NCBI GenBank assembly: GCA_963736015.1
Contig: CAVTNG010000011.1
Span: forward strand, 68,442-132,441
Reading direction: 5' to 3'
From: an uncultured Chloroflexia bacterium
Lineage (GTDB): Bacteria > Chloroflexota > Dehalococcoidia > DSTF01 > JACRBR01
DNA: 64,000 nt
Shown here: one piece after another, positions 1 to 8,692 of the stretch
Position numbering within the stretch: position 1 is the first letter of the stretch
How the letters are laid out: each line of letters begins with the position of its first letter
Made by a program: the position numbers and the translations under genes
The notes under the pieces: generated by a model
Told to the model about the DNA's origin: nothing
The model's input: the letters and a program-made list of their open reading frames with translations, nothing else
The model's database searches: none

Positions 1-88
1 ACCAGTCCGGCTGGAAGAGACGGCGCAGCGATTGGCGGGGGATCCTGGACGTCGAGCGCGTGAAGCGGAGTTAGGGACCCTCAGGGGG

Positions 89-132
89 TTGACTTGAGAC
101 GCCGTCTCATCTAGATTGAGACTCAATCTCAA
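89..132 (+). promoter_or_regulatory. Candidate promoter TTGACT(89-94)-N17-TAGATT(112-117). It is overlapped by two palindromes that share a TGAGA half-site, probably a Fur/Zur-type operator.
   Basis: Read directly from the sequence: TGAGACgccGTCTCA at 95-109 and TTGAGActcaaTCTCAA at 116-132. The site lies immediately upstream of the Fur-family gene that heads a metal-uptake operon. Confidence 0.45.
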
Positions 133-139
133 CTGATAG

Positions 140-592
140 GTGACGCCTGTGTCGGACATCGACCTCATCATCGAGCGCCTGGAGATGCGCGGCCACCGGA
201 TCACGGCGAGCCGGCGGCGCGTGCTTGATGCGATACTCGCGCAGCCCGGTCACTTCACGGTCGATGAAGTGCTCAGGGACGTGCGCAAGGTCTCACGGGC
301 GACGGCGTTCCGAACCATCAAACTGCTCGTCGACCTCAATCTCCTCTGTCGCGTACTGCTGGAAGACGGAACCCTCCACTACAGGCTGAGCACGCGCGGC
401 CATCATCATCACCTGGTCTGCATCGACTGTGGGCGTGTCGAGGACTTCACCAACTGTGACGTGCAATCACTTGTGCGGGACCTGACGCGGGCCACGGACT
501 ACGAGATCGAGGCCCACTGGCTCGAAGTGTACGGCCGTTGCAGCACCTGTCGGCTGTTGCGACCCGCCTCACGGGAACCGGCTCAGGCATAA
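140..592 (+). CDS. Fur-family metalloregulator (Zur-like)
   Basis: Intact ORF with a GTG start. It has a winged-helix N-domain plus the RGHHHHLVCIDCG...CSTC metal-site motifs. It sits directly upstream of a ZnuABC-type operon. Zn versus Mn specificity cannot be determined by eye. Confidence 0.9.
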   Translation: MTPVSDIDLIIERLEMRGHRITASRRRVLDAILAQPGHFTVDEVLRDVRKVSRATAFRTIKLLVDLNLLCRVLLEDGTLHYRLSTRGHHHHLVCIDCGRVEDFTNCDVQSLVRDLTRATDYEIEAHWLEVYGRCSTCRLLRPASREPAQA

Positions 593-612
593 GCAACGCG
601 GAGCGAATTTAC

Positions 613-1569
613 ATGCCGCCACGACGTGAAGTGAGACTAGGTCTCGTTGTGATCGCGGCGATACTGTCGGCGGCGATGTTCGGGGCGTGCGGCGACGAAA
701 CGCGCGGCTCGCCGTCGAACCCGACTGGCGGCAGCACTGCAGCCAGCAGGGCACCCCTTAATGTCGTGGCGACCACCGTGCAGATCACCGCGCTCACGCG
801 CGAGGTAGGCGGCGAGCGCATCGCCCTGCGCGGGATCATTCCGGCGGGCGCGGACCCGCACGACTTCGAACCCGTGGCGAGCGACGTGGCGGCGATCGAG
901 GACGCGCAACTCATCCTGCGGCATGGCATCGGTCTTGATGACTGGCTCGATGACACGCTCAAGGCGGGCTCACACGCGACCGTCGTCACAGTTACTGACG
1001 GCATCAAAAGGCTGCAGGGAGAAGAGAGCGGCGAGCCGGCCGACGATCCCCACGTGTGGCACGACCCGGCCAACGACAAGCTGATGGTCGATGCTATCGC
1101 CCGTGCGCTTGCGGCAGCTGATCCTGCTGACGAGTCAATCTTCCAGGCCAACGCGACGGCATACGACCTGAAGCTGGATGACACGCGAGCACAAGTGCAA
1201 GCGATCATTGACGAGATCCCGGCGGAAGATCGAAAGCTCGTGACGAACCACGATGCGCTGGGCTATTTCGCCCGGGCGTTTGGGATGGAGATCGTTGGCG
1301 CCGTCATACCGAGCATTTCCACCGAGTCGGAGCCTTCCGCGTCCGATACGGCGGCGTTGCTCGACACCATCCAGCGCGAGCATGTAAAGGCAATCTTCGC
1401 CGAGAGCAGCGTCAATCCGAAGCTGGCCACGACGCTGGCGAACGACGCCGGCGTGCAGATAGTCGATGACCTCTATGGCGACTCGCTCGGGGAGCCCGGC
1501 AGCGGCGCCGACACGGTCGATGGCATGTTGCTGGCGAACGCGCACAAGATCGCCGCCGCGCTCAAGTAG
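613..1569 (+). CDS. Metal ABC transporter substrate-binding lipoprotein (TroA/ZnuA family)
   Basis: Lies within ORF 538-1569. The in-frame ATG at 613 gives a lipoprotein signal (...ILSAAMFGAC GDE). Cluster-9 substrate-binding strings are present (DPHVWHDP, NHDALGYF). Confidence 0.88.
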   Translation: MPPRREVRLGLVVIAAILSAAMFGACGDETRGSPSNPTGGSTAASRAPLNVVATTVQITALTREVGGERIALRGIIPAGADPHDFEPVASDVAAIEDAQLILRHGIGLDDWLDDTLKAGSHATVVTVTDGIKRLQGEESGEPADDPHVWHDPANDKLMVDAIARALAAADPADESIFQANATAYDLKLDDTRAQVQAIIDEIPAEDRKLVTNHDALGYFARAFGMEIVGAVIPSISTESEPSASDTAALLDTIQREHVKAIFAESSVNPKLATTLANDAGVQIVDDLYGDSLGEPGSGADTVDGMLLANAHKIAAALK

Positions 1570-1579
1570 CCATTACACG

Positions 1580-2440
1580 ATGGCGCGAAACGCGGCGAAC
1601 AGACCAGGTTCAAGTCAGCAGCACGAGGACTTCCTGACGCTGCGCGACGTCGCCGTGGCCTATCAACGCAACGTCGTGCTCTGGGGCGTCTCGGCCGACA
1701 TCCGGCGAGGCCAGGTGATCGGCATCATCGGCCCGAATGGCGGTGGGAAAAGCACACTCCTCAAGGCCGTGCTCGGGATCGTGCCCCTGGTGTCCGGAGC
1801 GATCACGCTGTTCGGGCGAAGGGCAACCGAGATGCGCTCGCGCATGGCATATGTGCCGCAGCGAGAATCGGTCGATTGGGAGTTCCCGGTGACCGTACGC
1901 GACGTCGCCATGATGGGCCGCTATCCACGGGCGAGGTGGGCGCGTCGAATTGGCCGCACGGACCGGGCGGTTGTGGACAGAGTGCTCGAGCGCGTCGGCA
2001 TGCTGGACCTGGCTCGAGTCCAGATCGGACAGCTCTCGGGCGGACAACAGCAACGTGTATTCGTCGCTCGCGCGCTCGCCCAAGATGCGGATGTGCTCCT
2101 GCTTGACGAGCCAATGAACGGGATTGATGCGGCAACACAAGATGTCATCCTCACCGTCATTGAGCAGCAGCGAGCGTCGGGCAAGATCGTGCTTCTCGCG
2201 ACGCACGACCTCGTCAGCGCCTCGTGTAGCTGCGATTGCCTCTGTTGCGTCAATGAACGCATGGTGTCGTACGGCCCAGTCGAGGACACGTATACGGCCG
2301 GGAACCTGGCCGAGACGTACGGCGGCCCGGTGATCGTGCTCGGGCGTCCGAGTGAGCCTGAGCGAGCGCACACGCATGACCATGGCGACCACGCGCATCA
2401 CGAGCACCCGCACGACAACCTCGGAGGAGAACACGGCTGA
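1580..2440 (+). CDS. Metal ABC transporter ATP-binding protein (ZnuC-like) with a His-rich C-terminal tail
   Basis: Lies within ORF 1466-2440 with a start at ATG 1580. Motifs: Walker A GPNGGGKST, signature LSGGQQQR, Walker B LLLDEP, and the tail HTHDHGDHAHHEHPHD. Confidence 0.9.
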   Translation: MARNAANRPGSSQQHEDFLTLRDVAVAYQRNVVLWGVSADIRRGQVIGIIGPNGGGKSTLLKAVLGIVPLVSGAITLFGRRATEMRSRMAYVPQRESVDWEFPVTVRDVAMMGRYPRARWARRIGRTDRAVVDRVLERVGMLDLARVQIGQLSGGQQQRVFVARALAQDADVLLLDEPMNGIDAATQDVILTVIEQQRASGKIVLLATHDLVSASCSCDCLCCVNERMVSYGPVEDTYTAGNLAETYGGPVIVLGRPSEPERAHTHDHGDHAHHEHPHDNLGGEHG

Positions 2441-3357
2441 TGGGCTTCATTCACTGGTTCAGCGATCCGCTGCAGTACGAGTTCATGCGGCGAGCGCTGG
2501 TTGAAGTCGTGATTATGGGCGCCGTCACCGGCGCGATCGGCACCTACATCGTCCTCCGTGGCCTGGCGTTCATCGGGGACGCGCTGTCCCACGCGATCTT
2601 CCCCGGAGTCGTGATCGCCTTCCTGCTGGGACGCAGCATTTTCTGGGGCGCGCTCCTCTTCGGCGCTCTCACGTCTCTCGGGATCGCTTCAGTCGCGACC
2701 AACCGCCGCGTCAAAGAGGACTCCGCGATCGGCGTGATGTTCGCCGGTGCGTTCGCGCTCGGTGTCGTGCTGATCAGTTCATCGAAGAACTTTACGAGGG
2801 ATCTCGCGTCGTTCCTGTTCGGCAGCCTGCTGGGGGTCACCACCGAAGACATCTGGCTGTCAGCGATTGTCGGCGCGATTGTCACGTTGCTCATCGTGGT
2901 GCTCTACAAGGAGTTGCTCATCGCCTCATTCGACCGCGTGGCCGCGCAAGCGATGGGGTTGCCGGTATTCTGGCTCGACCTCCTCTTGCTCATCATGATC
3001 GCACTTACCATCGTGGTCTCGCTGCGAGCCGTTGGCAACATCCTTGTGGTGGCGATGCTTGTCACGCCGGCTGCGACCGCGCGTCTCCTGTCAGACCGGG
3101 TGCCGACGATGATGCTGCTGAGCGCGGGGATCGGTGTCTTATCGGGAGTGCTCGGATTATTCATCTCATACCACAACGACGTGGCAGCGGGCGGAACGAT
3201 CGTCCTCGTCGCCACGACACTATTCGGCGCAGCATGGCTGTTCGCCCCGCAACATGGCCTTCTTCCAACGCGGATCCTGCGTCGGGCGTCGCGCGCGGGC
3301 GGTGGAGCGCGGGTGTTGTTTCAGTCTCCGGAGACGCGGACGACGGCGCGCCGCTGA
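2440..3357 (+). CDS. Metal ABC transporter permease (ZnuB/ABC-3 family)
   Basis: Intact 305-aa polytopic membrane ORF. Its start overlaps the upstream stop (ATGA-type coupling). Confidence 0.9.
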   Translation: MGFIHWFSDPLQYEFMRRALVEVVIMGAVTGAIGTYIVLRGLAFIGDALSHAIFPGVVIAFLLGRSIFWGALLFGALTSLGIASVATNRRVKEDSAIGVMFAGAFALGVVLISSSKNFTRDLASFLFGSLLGVTTEDIWLSAIVGAIVTLLIVVLYKELLIASFDRVAAQAMGLPVFWLDLLLLIMIALTIVVSLRAVGNILVVAMLVTPAATARLLSDRVPTMMLLSAGIGVLSGVLGLFISYHNDVAAGGTIVLVATTLFGAAWLFAPQHGLLPTRILRRASRAGGGARVLFQSPETRTTARR

Positions 3358-3446
3358 CCGCTCTCGTTACCGAACCGGCCGGCGTGTACGATTCCGGCGG
3401 GACTCCAACACACACGGCGTACCATCGAGGCGTTCAAGGAGGAAGC

Positions 3447-3668
3447 ATGCAGCGTACCCCGCAGCAGGAGTATGCACGGCGCGCCACGTACTCGTGGCGG
3501 GAGGTCGCGGGCGCGCTGTGGCCGTATCTTCTGGCCGGCGCCATGTATGTCGCCGTCGGCGTATGGCAGCCGCGGGTGCTGCTATCGTGGTCGGAGGGCA
3601 TCATCTTCCTGCTCTTCGTGGTCTGGGCCGTGCCGTACTGGTGGCGCCGCCGACGCCGGTCCTCGTGA
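3447..3668 (+). CDS. Small membrane protein (73 aa), function unknown
   Basis: AAGGAGG Shine-Dalgarno sequence just upstream of ATG 3447, inside ORF 3234-3668. Two hydrophobic helices and an RRRRR tail. The stop overlaps the next start (GTGA at 3665-3668). Confidence 0.6.
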   Translation: MQRTPQQEYARRATYSWREVAGALWPYLLAGAMYVAVGVWQPRVLLSWSEGIIFLLFVVWAVPYWWRRRRRSS

Positions 3669-4411
3669 GCTGGGCAACACACGATGTCGAACCCTACGTC
3701 ATCAAGTACCACGTCGACGCGCTGGAGCGCCGCTTAGGGTTCCGCATCAGCTTCGTCGCAATCCTGCTGGGCTCCTGGATGCCGGACCTATTCACGAAGT
3801 GGCTCGTGTACGGCGTGGGTGTCGGCGGCTTCAACATTCGCGCCCACGACCCGGCGCAGTTCCACCGCGGCTGGCCCGGGGTCGGGTTTACGCACTCGTT
3901 GATCTTCGGGGTCGCCGTCGGCGCGCTCGTCTGGCTGCTTACGAAGCAGAAGGGGTGGGGTGTCGGGCTGATGCTCGGCATCTGGGCGCACGTGATAAGC
4001 GACACGCTCGACACGAATGGCGTGATGCTCTTCTTTCCATTCTGGCTCGGACGCGTGCACTTCGGCGCCTGGAAGTACGCAGGTGAGACGACGCGCTTCT
4101 TCGACGGCGCTGCCTACTTCAGCAGCCTGGGCTTCGTGTGGGACGCCTTCTGGATAGTGATGGTGCTGATCAGCTGGCGCTCGCTGACGATGGCCTACTT
4201 CCGCAGCGATGTGGTCCCCGAGGACCCGTTCTGGAAGCAACTGGGCAACGTGTTGCCGCGGTCAGCGCACATCGTGCTGTACAGGGGTGCCTTCTTCTAT
4301 GGGACGACGAGATGGCTGGCGTGGCTCATCTACGTCCACGTTGTTCACCACGGGCAATATCCGTTCGACCTGCACTGGGGCGGGCCGTACTGGGTGCCGG
4401 ACCTACCTTAG
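3665..4411 (+). CDS. Membrane-bound metal-dependent hydrolase-like protein (YdjM/DUF457 family)
   Basis: This is the C-terminal 248 aa of ORF 3134-4411, starting at the in-frame GTG 3665. It is a His/Asp-decorated transmembrane protein (WMPDLFTKW, GFTHSL, WAHVISDTLD). The upstream part of that ORF overlaps other genes and is not credible. Confidence 0.7.
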   Translation: MSWATHDVEPYVIKYHVDALERRLGFRISFVAILLGSWMPDLFTKWLVYGVGVGGFNIRAHDPAQFHRGWPGVGFTHSLIFGVAVGALVWLLTKQKGWGVGLMLGIWAHVISDTLDTNGVMLFFPFWLGRVHFGAWKYAGETTRFFDGAAYFSSLGFVWDAFWIVMVLISWRSLTMAYFRSDVVPEDPFWKQLGNVLPRSAHIVLYRGAFFYGTTRWLAWLIYVHVVHHGQYPFDLHWGGPYWVPDLP

Positions 4412-4419
4412 GATCCGCA

Positions 4420-4698
4420 TCAGCAGCACTGATAGCCGACGGTCGCTCCGGTGAATGTGCGGAAGGCGCTGTGGATCAGCTCGCTATTCGGGACCAGCAC
4501 GAAGAGCGCGCCACCGCACATGCCTGAATACTGCAACAGCTTGTCCCGGCCACGACCGCACACGGCCTGCAAGGGCGCCGCGAGGGTCGATCCCCCCGCT
4601 CGCAGTTCTTCGTCGCTGTATCCGTCGTGCCCGAAGATGTTGTCCGCCGATGGCGTAACGGGTACCTCGGAGGACGCTGCTTCGATTCGCACTGTCAT
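4420..4698 (-). CDS. 92-aa peptide with a leader-like N-half and a Cys-containing C-half that ends in CC. Hypothetical; resembles a RiPP or bacteriocin precursor.
   Basis: ORF 4420-4725. The second ATG (4698) is preceded by GAGAGGAGA. Sequence: ...GYSDEELRAGG / STLAAPLQAVCGRGRDKLLQYSGMCGG...TVGYQCC. Confidence 0.55.
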   Translation of the reverse strand: MTVRIEAASSEVPVTPSADNIFGHDGYSDEELRAGGSTLAAPLQAVCGRGRDKLLQYSGMCGGALFVLVPNSELIHSAFRTFTGATVGYQCC

Positions 4699-4922
4699 GG
4701 GCGTCTCCTCTCGCGTGCTGAACATAGCGAGCGAGTGCCGCGGTTACAAATGGGCCTGAGTTCGATCCGTATCCGCATTAGCAAAGGTTAACTGGGGCCG
4801 AGGCAGACGTTCGCGCCGCCAGGACAGGCGTCGAAGGCGTGATGCCTCGCTCGGCCGCAATGACGGACGCACGCGAGGACAGACGTGCACGCGGAAATGA
4901 GGCACGCGCCGGGAGCGGTTGG

Positions 4923-5336
4923 TCAGGCGGCAGCGCGCGCGGCTGGAGTGTGGGTGGCGGTGATGCCGAGCGCGGCGGCTACGGTCTGCAGCTCCTCGAG
5001 CAGGTCGTCGAGGTCGACATCACCGGCGAGCGCGACGACGGCCGACAGGTCGCTCGTCTCCAGCTCGCCGGTGTCGAACATGCTGAGCAGCGCGTCGCTG
5101 CCCTCCGCGGGCGAAGCCACGAGGTCCGTTTCGCCGCCGGGAGCTGCGTCTGCGGTTAGAGCGCCATCCGCCGCGGCCTCGTCCGACTGGCCCGGCGCGT
5201 CGCCCTCGTCCCCTATCAGCAGCGGCGGGTCGTCGTCGTCCGGTTCCTCCGGCATCGCCGAGGTCGGCGGGATCTCCGCCGCGGCAGCTTCCACCGCGCG
5301 CGCCAGCTCTTTGTCTTTCTTCTTGCCAAAGGCCAC
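4923..5336 (-). CDS. Highly acidic 137-aa hypothetical protein
   Basis: Intact ORF with a Lys-rich N-terminus followed by low-complexity D/E/A-rich sequence (EEPDDDDPPLL...DVDLDDLLEEL). No family recognised. Confidence 0.6.
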   Translation of the reverse strand: MAFGKKKDKELARAVEAAAAEIPPTSAMPEEPDDDDPPLLIGDEGDAPGQSDEAAADGALTADAAPGGETDLVASPAEGSDALLSMFDTGELETSDLSAVVALAGDVDLDDLLEELQTVAAALGITATHTPAARAAA

Positions 5337-5560
5337 GGCCGATACCTCCGGTTTCCTGAGGACTTATCGGCCGCGTAAGGTGCCACCCTTAGGCGAACGC
5401 GCAATTCTTATGTCATGTCAGTGGCGGAGGCTCGCTCGGATCGAACCTCCCGTTTCAGATTTCCGCCGGCCGGCCGACGGTATGGGTGACGGTTGCGAAC
5501 GCGCCGGTTTGGGGTGCCGCGCGTCGCCGGGACCGTACTTCGGGTCGGGGGTTCTTCGAT

Positions 5561-6485
5561 ATGCGACTCACGCTACCGCGCGTCCTGATGGGCGCGGCCG
5601 CACTGGCTGTTGTCTCGACGCTTCTATTGACGAGCGGCCTGGTGCGCTCGGCCTCATCGACGCAGGCTGCGGGCGACTGTACGGCGGACCCACTATCGAC
5701 TCGGAGGAGGCCTCGTTCCTCCAGCTTATCAACGCTTACCGTGCACAGAACGGCCTGGGGCCACTGGCGCTGTCGTACACGCTCTCGAAGTCCGCGGCGT
5801 GGAAGTCGGTCGACATGGCCGTGAACAACTACACGGCGCATGACGACCTGACGCGCACCTGGACCGACCGCATCAAGGATTGCGGCTACACGTACAACGC
5901 GTGGCTCGGCGAGAACATCGCCGTCAGCGGAACACCGGTCAGTGGGCGTTTGACATCTGGCACGGGAGCCGCCGCACGACGCCAACATGCTGGGCGGCAA
6001 CTACACCGCGATCGGCATCGGCCGCTACTACGACCCGCGAGCGCCTGGGGCTGGTACTGGACGATCGACCTGGGCAGCTATAACGACGGCTGGCCGGGCA
6101 CGCCGCCGACTCCCACGAGCACCGCCCCGGCCGCGCCCACGAATACGCCGGCTCCCAGCCGACGTCAACGCCCGTGCCGCCGTCTCCGACCGCGACGCCT
6201 CAGCCGTCCGATACCGTGCCGCCGACGGTGCAGCTCACAAACCCGAACGCGGGCGGTGTGTACAGCGGCAAGGTGAACCTGGCGGCAAGCGCGAGCGACA
6301 ACCGAGGTGTGGCACGGGTGGAGTTCTATGTCGATGGGAAGCTGTTCAAGGGCGACACGAGGGCTCCCTACGCGACCAGCTGGAACTCGAAGGGCACCGC
6401 CAAGGGGACACACACGATCATGGCGAAGGCCATCGACACGAGCGGGATGACGTCGTCGAGTTCGGCGGTGATCACGACCAAGTAG
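5561..6485 (+). CDS. Secreted CAP/SCP (YkwD-like) domain protein with a PT linker and a C-terminal Ig-like domain; frameshifted
   Basis: Signal peptide MRLTLPRVLMGAAALAVV (ORF 5486-5824). CAP strings SFLQLINAYRAQNGL, AHDDL, NIA, and MLGGNYTAIGIG are split across ORFs 4885-6276 and 5987-6640. The Ig-like end lies in ORF 6174-6485. Confidence 0.7.
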
Positions 6486-6554
6486 CCACGCAGCTTCAAA
6501 GCCAAAGGCCCTCGCGATATGCGAGGGCGTTTGCGTGCTCTGGTGACTGTTCGG

Positions 6555-8477
6555 CTAGATACACGTCCCGGTTCTGTTCCACAACTCCAGCGCCGTCGCC
6601 AGCGTCAGGATCTGCTGGCGGATGGGATTCTTGGGTTTAGTGTTGTAGCCCGCCGTACTGAGCAAGAGGTCGGACAGCTGGATCGTGGTCGCAAGGCACG
6701 TTCCGTCGCCGGTTCCGGCCTTAATCCCCAGCTTCGCCGCCAGCAGCTGGCTCGCGAGCTTCTGCGTCGCATCGCTTGCCGATGTATTGTTCAAGATGAT
6801 CGATGCCTCAGCCACCGTATTCACGTCGATGTGCATCAGCGGGCTGCACGTGGTGGTGGCAGCGGTGATCGCGCAGTCCGCCCAGCGAGCCCAGCGTGAT
6901 CGGCAGCTGAGCTGACACGCACGCGTGCTTGGGATCGTTGGGCACGGCCCCAGGTGGTTCTTCCAGTAACCGACCGTCCCCGGCTCCGACGGCACCGGCG
7001 TTGACGTCGCAGGAATCGGCGTTACCGTCGGTGTATTCGTCGCCGTTGAAGTCCTCGTCGGCGTGTTCGTCGGCGTGTGCGTCGGGTGCGTCGCCGTGTC
7101 GGTCGGCGTCTCCGTCGGCGTCGCGTCGGTGTCGGTCGGCGTCTCCGTCGGGGTCGCCGTGTCGGTCGGTGTCTCCGTCGGGGTCGGCGTGTCAGTCGGC
7201 GTCTCCGTCGGGTCGCCGTGTCGGTCGGCGTCTCCGTCGGCGTGTCGTCGGCGTCGTCGGTCGGCGTCGGCGTGTCCGTCGGCGTCGCGTCGGCGTGTCG
7301 GTCGGCGTCTCCGTCGGGTGTCGGTCGGCGTGTCGGTCGGTGTCTCGGTCGGCGTCGGCGTGTCCGTCGGCGTCTCCGTCGGGGTCGCCGTGTCGGTCGG
7401 CGTCTCCGTCGGGGTCGGCGTGTCGGTCGGCGTCTCCGTCGGGGTCGCCGTGTCGGTCGGCGTCTCCGTCGGCGTGTTTGTCGGTCGGCGTGTTCGTCGG
7501 CGTGTCGGTCGGCGTGTGTCGGCGTCGGTCGGCGTGTTCGTCGGCGTGTCCGTCGGCGTGTTCGTCACGGTCGGGGTGTTCGTCGCCGTGTTGGTCGGCG
7601 TGTTCGTCGGCGGCGGAGTTGACGTTGCGGGGATGGGCGTGACGGTAGAAGTCGGCGTGTCCGGCAGCGAGCCGAACTGCTTGAAGGGAATCGTCTGTTC
7701 GCCGGTGCTGATCGTGTCTCCGGACCCGACGACCGACGCCTCGTCGAGCGTGGCCTGCAGGTTTCCCGTCGGCGATTGGCCGGGCCCGCACGCGAGCCGC
7801 GTGTCGATGCGGATGATCACGTTGTCGCCGGCCTCAAGGTTGGTGACGTCGTAGGTGACGCCGACATCCGTGGCCGTCGTGGGGATGGTCGGCAGCACGG
7901 TGCCGCCAGCCGGCACGACGAACTTGTTCACGTTCGTGACCGTGCTGTTCTTGGTGCCGACGAATCCGTCGTCAGTCGTCTTCGGAAGCGGATCGTCGCC
8001 CCCGGTAACGGATGCCGGATAATTCGATCGTCACACTGATCACCTCGGAGTGACCCGCGCCCGGCTGCCCCGTCGTGTTCGCGGTGAAACTGTTCGTGAC
8101 TCAAATCGTCTGCGAACCCGTCGCTCCAGAGTCGACTACGATCTGGATCAAATAGGTGACAACATCGCCGCAGGCGTAGTCACCGGCTTCCAGCGACTCC
8201 ACAACGTCGTCGGTCGTGCCAATCGTCCGGTCGTCGAAGACGCCGCCACCGGTCGCGTGGTTGTAGGTGAACGGCGCCGAGGCGACGAAGTCGAGGGAGA
8301 AGTCGCCGCCGTCGGCATGCGCAAGTCGAGCTGTCGCTGCCTCCGGATCTCACCGAGACGGCAATCATCGAGAGCAGGAACGCCGCGGCGGTCGCCAGGC
8401 CGAGGGCCAACGTGACGCGGACGCTGCTCCATTTCGCGGAATCTGCCGGGAATGCGGCTTGGGTGTGGTCGTGTCAT
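6555..8477 (-). CDS. Large secreted surface protein with a long Pro/Thr tandem-repeat linker and a Cys-containing GYWKNH C-terminal domain; several frameshifts
   Basis: ORF 6555-7931 plus upstream fragments in 7931-8477. These carry the signal-like [19 protein letters not shown] and [20 protein letters not shown]... The ([10 protein letters not shown])n core runs into RRRR stretches where the frame slips. Confidence 0.7.
7030..7640. repeat. Coding tandem repeat, about 30-nt period, encoding TETPTDT(A/P)TP
   Basis: Visible periodic sequence cgtctccgtcggggtcg(c/g)cgtgtcggtcgg on the plus strand. Confidence 0.85.
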
Positions 8478-8692
8478 GGCGATAGCCCCTAGCGTTAGAT
8501 AGGACGAACGGAAACCAGTCCGTACGCCATCTGGCTCGGACGAGCGCCACCCCACGTCGTCTTAACTTGGTGTGTGCTTGCGAGGCTAATGTCGCACGGA
8601 ATCCCGGGATATGTCAAGAACGATCTCGCCAAACTTGACGGTATGGATGGCTTCGTAATGTCCGGGCGTGTTCGCGGGAGCGGCAGGCGCCG

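Noticed and set aside
3134-3664. The N-terminal 177 aa of the 425-aa ORF 3134-4411.
   Set aside because: It overlaps the znuB 3' end and the well-initiated small ORF 3447-3668. It is Arg-rich low-complexity sequence. The credible protein starts at GTG 3665.
4755-4775. A tRNA-like T-loop string GAGTTCGATCC.
   Set aside because: The flanking bases do not form a T-stem or acceptor stem, and no anticodon arm can be drawn.
6929-7854. Three long plus-strand ORFs (237, 263 and 181 aa) rich in Arg, Ser, Val and Gly.
   Set aside because: They are antisense or out-of-frame readings of the PT tandem repeat of the minus-strand surface-protein gene. They are pure low-complexity sequence with no start context.
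8586-8692. Looked for a truncated arlJ or a small gene between arlI and the PT-repeat protein, and for a TTGACA-type promoter (tgtcaa at 8614-8619).
   Set aside because: Only about 200 nt are available and no hydrophobic ORF is present. The -10 partner of the promoter is poor.
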